In this document: piece by piece, positions 57,882 to 64,000 of the stretch
How positions within the stretch are numbered: the first letter of the stretch is position 1
How the letters are laid out: every line of letters begins with the position of its first letter
Program-made: the position numbers and the translations under genes
Notes under the pieces: model-generated
Seen by the model: the letters and a program-made list of their open reading frames with translations, nothing else
What the model was told of the DNA's origin: nothing
The model's database searches: none
Origin: Mycobacterium phage prophi79-1
Strand: one strand, 5' to 3'
DNA length: 64,000 nt
Sequence record: MW584153.1

Positions 57882-58376
57882 TCATGCCCCGATCGCCTTC
57901 GGCTCGTAGTCGGGGAGAAGCGCCGGCATCCGATTCGTCTCATATGCCTCCGCGACCCATGGCACTATCTCGGCACCGACGGTCTGGCCGTTAGGCAGGA
58001 CCAACTGCGCAAGGAACTCGGAGTCGAACGTCGAGATACCTGACTCCACTGCCTCCAACTTGGCCTTGATCACGAGATTCAGTGCGCGCCAGCGCTGCCG
58101 GACAGCCTGCTCGTACGCCTCTTCTCGTTGCGCAGGAGTGCGTGGGCGAGGTGGTTTGTGGGCGCTCATCGTGAACTCGGGGCTGTTCCTATCGGGCATG
58201 GTGAGCATGAACCGGATCTGACGGTCTCGGACCACGAATCCGACGATGGCCGAGGCCGGGTCGCCCGAGTCCCATCCGTACATGAACTGAGAGGCACCCC
58301 AGCGCGTCAAGGTGCGCTCGATTTCGGCACGAGATTTCTCGGAGCTGACGCTTGTGTTTTCGGCGTAGGTGCCCAT
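57882..58376 (-). CDS. hypothetical protein
   Basis: Start MGTYAEN, TGATG-type overlap with the RuvC stop. Confidence 0.5.
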   Translation of the reverse strand: MGTYAENTSVSSEKSRAEIERTLTRWGASQFMYGWDSGDPASAIVGFVVRDRQIRFMLTMPDRNSPEFTMSAHKPPRPRTPAQREEAYEQAVRQRWRALNLVIKAKLEAVESGISTFDSEFLAQLVLPNGQTVGAEIVPWVAEAYETNRMPALLPDYEPKAIGA

Positions 58377-58936
58377 CAGGCGGCCATCCTCTCGATCCAA
58401 TTGCCCTTGCTCTTACCCGATTTCGAGATGTAGTGATCCGATGTCACTGAGTCGATCGGATGTCCAAGCACGCGGCATCCGATGGCGGCCAGCACCATGG
58501 CGTCGGCAATGTTGTTGTCGACGATGTCCACCTGCGGCCAGCGCCGGATCGACGCGGCGAGCACGACGTCCTTACCGGCATTCCCCGCCCCGGTCGCGTA
58601 CTGCGCGCGTTGGTTGGGCGTCGGGGTGATTATCGGTATGCGGCGGTCCATGCACGCGTCGAAGATCTTGCCCCACAGCCAGCTTCGGTCGTGGTTGTGT
58701 CCGCCGACCTTGGCAAGGGCCGGGGCCTCCAGAACGATCAGCGAAGGCAGCATCTCGAGCTCGGCCACGATCGGAGCCATGATGGTCTTGATTCTGTAGC
58801 TCGTATAGGCGTGGCTGCCGTCTTTTGGCTTAGTCGTCGTCAGATGGGTTTTCGCAGTCCAGCCGGTGTCTTTCCAGTCGACCCGGACGAGTCCAGTTCC
58901 AGTGAGGGAGCTATCGATTCCAATGACTCTGACCAT
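58376..58936 (-). CDS. RuvC-like Holliday junction resolvase
   Basis: MVRVIGIDSSLTGTGL...LIVLEAP RuvC-fold acidic residues. 186 aa. Confidence 0.7.
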   Translation of the reverse strand: MVRVIGIDSSLTGTGLVRVDWKDTGWTAKTHLTTTKPKDGSHAYTSYRIKTIMAPIVAELEMLPSLIVLEAPALAKVGGHNHDRSWLWGKIFDACMDRRIPIITPTPNQRAQYATGAGNAGKDVVLAASIRRWPQVDIVDNNIADAMVLAAIGCRVLGHPIDSVTSDHYISKSGKSKGNWIERMAA

Positions 58937-58944
58937 GCGCTGAT

Positions 58945-58975
58945 ACTACCACACCTTATAGGTAGTATGTGGTAG
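58945..58975. promoter_or_regulatory. operator palindrome (ACTACCacaccttatAGGTAGT, extended CTACCACA...TGTGGTAG) between divergent genes
   Basis: Same half-site. Confidence 0.5.
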
Positions 58976-58985
58976 CCTGCCGAGC

Positions 58986-59339
58986 ATGAACATCGGACTG
59001 GTATTCGCAATCTACGTTTTCGCGGTGATGCGCTTGACCCGGCTGATCAATGCCGACACGATCCTGGATGCTCCCCGGATCGCGGTCGCGCGCAAGGCGC
59101 GTGATGGCGAGCGCTCGGCCGCCGAACGCCGCCGGTGGGCAGTGTTCAGCGATTTCTTGGAGTGCCCGTGGTGCGTGGGGATGTGGCTGTCGCTCGCGGG
59201 CGCCGTTGCCGCCGTGCTGGTCCTCGGGTGGCCGTGGTGGGCAGTTCTTCCGGTCGGGCTCGCGTGCTCCCAGATCGTCGGAATGGCGGCGCCTTGGTTC
59301 CAAGACGATGAGATCGAGTACCAGACTGTAGAGAGCTGA
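58986..59339 (+). CDS. membrane protein (DUF1360-like, CPWCVGMW)
   Basis: 117 aa, hydrophobic segments. Confidence 0.5.
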   Translation: MNIGLVFAIYVFAVMRLTRLINADTILDAPRIAVARKARDGERSAAERRRWAVFSDFLECPWCVGMWLSLAGAVAAVLVLGWPWWAVLPVGLACSQIVGMAAPWFQDDEIEYQTVES

Positions 59340-59365
59340 GCACGGCCCACCGCTACCGTGGCGGC

Positions 59366-61234
59366 GTGGCGGCTCCTGACCTGCGGATCGTTCGGCGTCC
59401 CCGGAGTGCTGCCGGGAAGTCCCTTGTCGCTGCGAGCGCTCCAGTCCACAACCCGGCCAAGACATTTAGGCACCAGGTCGCAGCTGGTCGTGCGGGTTGG
59501 CAGAACGAAGCCTGGGACATGCTCGATTCCGTCGGCGAGCTGCGCTACTACGTGGGCTGGCGATCGGCCGGATGCTCCCGGGTCCACCTGATCGCCTCCG
59601 AGCTTGACGACAAAGGCGCCCCCACGGGGAAGTGCAGCAACCAGCGTGTCAACGACATTGTTAATGCGATGGCGGGCAATCAACTTGGACGCTCGCAGCT
59701 GATCAAGCGTGCTGTGGAGTGCCTCTCTGTCCCCGGCGAGGTCTGGATCTCCATCATCTTCCGCAGCGACTCGCCTCCATCGGGCACCTGGCTGGCGCTG
59801 TCGCGTGACGAAATCAAACGGACTGGTCGAGAGGTCTCCATCGAGCTTCCCACTGGCGAGGAGTACGAGCTGAACCTGGCTCAGGATTCGATCTTCCGAG
59901 TGTGGATACCGCGTCCGCGCCGGGCCAAGGAAGCCGACTCGCCTGTGCGCGCGACTATGGACTCCCTGCACGAGATCGTCCGCACCACAAAGAAGATCCG
60001 CAACGCCGACAACAGCCGATTGATCGGCAACGGCATCGTGTTTGTCCCGAACGAGATGAGCCTGCCGTACTCGAATGCTCCTGTCGGTGCCGACAAACCC
60101 GCTGGCTCGCCTGATTCGGGATTGGCGCTGCAAGGTATTCCGGCGGTACGTGAGCTGCAAGAGCTGTTGTTCCAGGTCGCGAAGGCGTCCTTCGAGGATG
60201 AAGACAGCTTCGCGGCGATGATTCCAATCTTCGCCAGCGTCTCGGCCGAACATATCGACAAGGTGCAGCATCTCCGGTTCGACTCCGAGATCACCGATAC
60301 CGCAATCAAAACGCGCAACGATGCCATCGCGCGTCTAGCCATGGGGCTGGAGGTGAGCCCGGAACGTCTTCTCGGTCTTGGCAGCTCAACGAACCACTGG
60401 TCGGCGTGGCAGATCGGCGACAACGACGTGCAGATGCACATCGCGCCGGTCATGGAGACCATCTGCCAGGCGATTAACGATCAGGTGTTCCACAAAGTAC
60501 TTGAGCGAGAAGGCGTCGACCCGCGCAAATATGTCCTGTGGTTTGACGCCGGTCAGCTCACCGCGGACCCCGACAAATCCGAGGACGCGACCAACGCGTT
60601 TGACCGCGGTGCTATCACCGCCGAGGCGTACCGCGACTTCCTGAACCTTGGCAACACCGGATACGACTTCAGCACTATCGAGGGTTGGCGTCTGTGGGCG
60701 CAGGACAAGGTGTCTCAGGAACCTGCGTTGATCACCACGCTGCTACCACTGCTGGACAACTCGGTCCAGGCAATCGACTTCCCGGCTCTCAATCCCGGCT
60801 CGGATACGGACGGAGGTTCGGATTCTGCTGACAGCGGTGGGGATTCGAGTTCCACCAATGAAGGCAATGACCCCGATACCGAGAACAAGGGCCCAGGCTA
60901 TGACCAGGGAAAACGCGGCCGGAAGGACTCGGTCGGCAAGGAGGCCGGCGGCATCGTCGAACTCCTCGTTCGTCGCGCGCTGGAACTGGCTGCGAAGCGG
61001 CGCCGTGGCCGCTCCCGTGACGAGCTGGATCGACTTCGGGGAATACCCATGTATCGCGCTCACAAGGTGATGGAACCGGTTGCGGATGCAGACGTGGCCG
61101 AGCTGATTCGCGGATGGGACGACATTCTCGACGACGACTTCACCGCGGCGAACGGGATCGACCCTGAGGTACTCCGCGCCGAGGTAAAGCGCCAGGTACA
61201 AGCCCAATTAACCGCCGATGTGGTGGATGCCTGA
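59366..61234 (+). CDS. portal protein
   Basis: 622 aa. Lies after the large terminase and has an acidic C-terminus. Confidence 0.75.
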   Translation: MAAPDLRIVRRPRSAAGKSLVAASAPVHNPAKTFRHQVAAGRAGWQNEAWDMLDSVGELRYYVGWRSAGCSRVHLIASELDDKGAPTGKCSNQRVNDIVNAMAGNQLGRSQLIKRAVECLSVPGEVWISIIFRSDSPPSGTWLALSRDEIKRTGREVSIELPTGEEYELNLAQDSIFRVWIPRPRRAKEADSPVRATMDSLHEIVRTTKKIRNADNSRLIGNGIVFVPNEMSLPYSNAPVGADKPAGSPDSGLALQGIPAVRELQELLFQVAKASFEDEDSFAAMIPIFASVSAEHIDKVQHLRFDSEITDTAIKTRNDAIARLAMGLEVSPERLLGLGSSTNHWSAWQIGDNDVQMHIAPVMETICQAINDQVFHKVLEREGVDPRKYVLWFDAGQLTADPDKSEDATNAFDRGAITAEAYRDFLNLGNTGYDFSTIEGWRLWAQDKVSQEPALITTLLPLLDNSVQAIDFPALNPGSDTDGGSDSADSGGDSSSTNEGNDPDTENKGPGYDQGKRGRKDSVGKEAGGIVELLVRRALELAAKRRRGRSRDELDRLRGIPMYRAHKVMEPVADADVAELIRGWDDILDDDFTAANGIDPEVLRAEVKRQVQAQLTADVVDA

Positions 61235-61276
61235 GCACCGCTCGGCGCTACCGTCGCACCGACCCCAGGAGGACAC

Positions 61277-62755
61277 GTGAAGATCAAGCCCAGCGATCTG
61301 GCGAACAAGGCCGGGACAATCATCCACGCCGAGGATCTGTCCGATGGCTTGAACATCCAGCCCGACGAGTCGCTGACAGCCGGAACGCCGATCGCGACGG
61401 TGGCCAGCACCGATGAGCCCGAGATGTTCCGGACATTCACCGATCAGGCGCTCGCTCCCATCGGGGAGAACACCGATGACCGTCGCCGGTTCGCTAAGGA
61501 CATCGAGATGTCGTTCCGGTCGTTCCCTCAGCCGCTCATGTGGTGCCGACAGTCCAAGGGCGGTCACGACGACTCCTTCACGGTAGGCGTCATCGAAAGT
61601 GCCCGGGTGGAGGGTGACAAGCTGCTGGCTAGTGGGTACCTGTTGAACACTCCCGAGGCCGACGAGATGGCGATGCAGAACGCGCACGGCGTGTCGAATC
61701 CTTCTGTCGATCTCGGTGCGGCCGACTACACCTTCACCGACGCCGATGGTAACGAGCTCGATGATGACGCCATTTTCGATGCTCTGTTCTTCGGCGAGGG
61801 CGAGCTGTATTACAACTTCACGAAGGCCAAGCTGCTGGGAGCGACGATGGTCTCCACGCCCGCATTCGATACTCGCGTGCGTCTCGATGCCGAGCGCAGC
61901 CCAAGGGAGGTGGCGCTTGTGGCTAGCGCTCAGCAGGCATTTGCGCCAAAGGTATACGCCCGCAAGATGTTCGAAGACCCCAAGCTCTCGGGTCTGACAT
62001 TGCCGACCATCGACGATAACGGCCGAATCTACGGGCACCTCGCAGCCTTCGGCACTTGCCATCGCAGTATCCAGGACTCGTGCACACTGGTGCCCAAGTC
62101 AAATTCCGGGTACCGCGAGTTCCACACCAGCCCGGCAGTCCGTCTGGACGACGGCACCCGGCTGCCCGTGGGGCGCCTCACGGTGGGATGCGGTCATGCG
62201 GATACCCGGCTTCCGGCCATCCCCGCGGCGGCGCACTACGACAACGCCGGATCCGCATTCGCCCTTGTGCGCGTCGGCGAGGACAAGCACGGGATCTGGT
62301 TCTCTGGTGTCGCTGCGCCCTGGGCCACTCCCGAGCAGATCGAGATGGGCCTGTCCGCGCCGTTGTCCGGCGACTGGCGTAACTTCGGCCAGGGGCTTGA
62401 ACTGGTCGCCGCGCTGGCGGTTAATACGCCGGGGTTCAATGTCCGTGCCGGCGGAACGACCGACGATGAAGGATTGCCGTTCGCGATGGTGGCTTCCGGG
62501 CGGCTCTCCAGCAAGATCGGCACCACCAGGGGAGCAGCGCTACGAGCGGACCAGATCCAGGACGCGGTGGCTGCGGGAGTTGTGAAGGGAATGGAACGGC
62601 TTTCTGCGGCCAATCAGGCGGCTGAGGAAGCCGCGGCGCGTGCGGCACACATCATGGAAGTGAACAAGGCGATGTCGCGTGTGCGCGAGGTGGTTCCGCC
62701 TCCGAAGTCGGTGCGGGATCAGATCGGCGAGAAGCTGGCGGCGAGGGCGCTCTAG
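61277..62755 (+). CDS. capsid maturation protease (possibly fused with a scaffold-like C-terminal helix)
   Basis: 492 aa directly after the portal. Ala-rich coiled-coil C-terminus. Confidence 0.5.
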   Translation: MKIKPSDLANKAGTIIHAEDLSDGLNIQPDESLTAGTPIATVASTDEPEMFRTFTDQALAPIGENTDDRRRFAKDIEMSFRSFPQPLMWCRQSKGGHDDSFTVGVIESARVEGDKLLASGYLLNTPEADEMAMQNAHGVSNPSVDLGAADYTFTDADGNELDDDAIFDALFFGEGELYYNFTKAKLLGATMVSTPAFDTRVRLDAERSPREVALVASAQQAFAPKVYARKMFEDPKLSGLTLPTIDDNGRIYGHLAAFGTCHRSIQDSCTLVPKSNSGYREFHTSPAVRLDDGTRLPVGRLTVGCGHADTRLPAIPAAAHYDNAGSAFALVRVGEDKHGIWFSGVAAPWATPEQIEMGLSAPLSGDWRNFGQGLELVAALAVNTPGFNVRAGGTTDDEGLPFAMVASGRLSSKIGTTRGAALRADQIQDAVAAGVVKGMERLSAANQAAEEAAARAAHIMEVNKAMSRVREVVPPPKSVRDQIGEKLAARAL

Positions 62756-62955
62756 TGGGTTGCGGGTGCGGTAGCAGTCGCTCGCGCGCAGCTGGCGGCG
62801 AAGAGATTTTGGGCTACCGGGTGATCCGACCGGACGGCACTCTCGTGCCGCCGGAGACTCAGTCCCCGTTTCTATCGGCGCCCGAGGCCCGCGCAGAAGT
62901 ACGGGCCTCGGGCGGAGGGACAGTTCGAACAGTTACACGCGCTGGTACGTCTTGA
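62755..62955 (+). CDS. small hypothetical protein
   Basis: GTG start overlapping the protease stop. 66 aa. Confidence 0.35.
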   Translation: MGCGCGSSRSRAAGGEEILGYRVIRPDGTLVPPETQSPFLSAPEARAEVRASGGGTVRTVTRAGTS

Positions 62956-63961
62956 CAGACGTCAGGCGCGGAGGCAGGGGAGCCGCCACCGCCTCGACGA
63001 CATCGCGGACTTTTCCGGGATACGACGCGGTGTACAGCTGCGTCGTGGCGACGCTCGCGTGTCCGAGGGCATCACGCATCGCCAGCAGGTCACCGGTAGC
63101 CGCCAATCCCAAGGTCGCAAAGCGGTGGCGTAGCTTGTGCATTGACCACCCCTGCGGCATCCGATTGCCGATCAGCTTGCCGACGTAGTGCGCTGACAGA
63201 TGCCCGTTCTCCTGACCGGGGAACAGGTATCCGCCAGGACAGAACGCGATGATCGCATGAGCAAGACTGTCGGTGATCGGCAGTAGCCGTTGACGACCTC
63301 CCTTGCCGTGAACCAGCAGGGCGAAGCCCGTGGAGTCGCGGAGCAGGTCGTCCCGATGGCACACTGCGACCTCGGCCCGGCGCATTCCGAGCTCGCCGGC
63401 CAAACGCACCATCATTTTCTCTCGCGGTGGAGCGGTTCTAACGAGCTCGGACCACAAGTGTTCTGGGCACGGACGCGGATTCGGCGTACCGCCAGGAACC
63501 TTGGGCAGTCCAACGGCCGGATTCTCGTCTACCCGCCCCTCGCTGATCGCCCACTCGAAGAACATGATGAGTGAGCGTCGAACGCCTCGTCGGTGCTCGT
63601 TTGACCATTGGTGTTCGCTGCACACTCGCACCAAGACGCCGAGGTCGACGTGTGCCGGTCCTTTGGTCTGACTAGTACGCGCCACCATGCGAATATGGCC
63701 GCGCCGCAAGCGGATTGTGGTTGATGGTATGCCTGCGATGCGAAGCCACGTAATCCATGCCCCGATCGCACTCTCCCAGTCTTCGGAGAGAGCGTATGGA
63801 TGATTAAACACAGGGTGAACATTTACTATCGGTACGACCGTACCGCTATCACTCTTTCGTTTAGTTACCGAACTGTTAGTTACTCCAGGGGATCTCTTGT
63901 AGTCACGCATGTTTAACACCTTTTGGTCGGGCTTCCCGCTGGTAGCGGCTGTCATGCCCAA
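62933..63961 (-). CDS. int: tyrosine integrase
   Basis: C-terminal catalytic motifs HKLRHRFAT...LGHASVATTQLYT (R...HxxR...Y). 342 aa. Start may be the internal ATG at 63910. Confidence 0.85.
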   Translation of the reverse strand: MGMTAATSGKPDQKVLNMRDYKRSPGVTNSSVTKRKSDSGTVVPIVNVHPVFNHPYALSEDWESAIGAWITWLRIAGIPSTTIRLRRGHIRMVARTSQTKGPAHVDLGVLVRVCSEHQWSNEHRRGVRRSLIMFFEWAISEGRVDENPAVGLPKVPGGTPNPRPCPEHLWSELVRTAPPREKMMVRLAGELGMRRAEVAVCHRDDLLRDSTGFALLVHGKGGRQRLLPITDSLAHAIIAFCPGGYLFPGQENGHLSAHYVGKLIGNRMPQGWSMHKLRHRFATLGLAATGDLLAMRDALGHASVATTQLYTASYPGKVRDVVEAVAAPLPPRLTSVKTYQRV

Positions 63962-64000
63962 CCACCGGACGGTTCTTGGTTCGAGTCCAAGCGGGGGAGC
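63940..64000 (+). other. attP-like core: 3' part of a tRNA gene (T-arm CTTGG-TTCGAGT-CCAAG plus acceptor 3' strand), truncated by the window edge
   Basis: T-loop/acceptor-like sequence immediately beyond the integrase start. No complementary 5' acceptor strand upstream. Confidence 0.45.

Overview
This window is visibly high-GC DNA (by eye, not computed) from a temperate siphovirus or prophage of a mycolic-acid actinobacterium. Lysin B, an Rpf-like transglycosylase and a WXG100-type toxin all point to a Mycobacterium-like host. The start codons of many ORFs in the six-frame track sit inside an Arg-rich, low-GC3 5' extension (the ORF boundary carries alternative-frame artefact), so I re-called starts from GC3, SD spacing and ATGA/GTGA overlaps. 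Coordinates of non-CDS elements are within about 2 nt.

Layout:
- 1-14.8 kb (+): tape-measure gene (5' truncated by the window edge) and about 11 minor-tail genes.
- 14.8-16.8 kb (-): a reverse-oriented island of HTH regulators plus three tiny membrane-protein genes.
- 17.0-19.4 kb (+): LysA (M23 peptidase + amidase) and LysB, ending at a perfect bidirectional terminator.
- 19.7-33.4 kb (-): one long leftward replication operon, including a RecB-family exonuclease, an SF2 helicase, a Prim-Pol/helicase and Pol I with a 3'-5' exo domain.
- 33.4-35.8 kb: an immunity-like switch region with an AP2-domain gene transcribed leftward from a leaderless start and RHH+HTH genes transcribed rightward.
- 35.9-50.7 kb: an accessory region of mostly leftward small genes. 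It holds secreted and membrane proteins, a 488-aa Gln/Pro-rich membrane protein operon with its own operator, and a WXG100 polymorphic-toxin cassette with lipoprotein and membrane candidate immunity genes.
- 50.9-55.1 kb (+): three ParB-like nuclease-domain genes, a PAPS-reductase-like PP-loop gene and a SAM methyltransferase.
- 55.2-62.9 kb: HNH endonuclease, large terminase, a free-standing secreted Rpf-like transglycosylase, a RuvC-like resolvase, portal and protease.
- 62.9-64.0 kb: a tyrosine integrase followed by the 3' half of a tRNA (attP-like core) at the window edge.

A conserved promoter/operator/leader module (TTGACn, an ACTACCTA...TAGGTAGT palindrome, a GGCAGGGAnGAAACCCGCC leader and a GGAAGGAAC SD) recurs at least 9 times and appears to organise early and lysogenic transcription.
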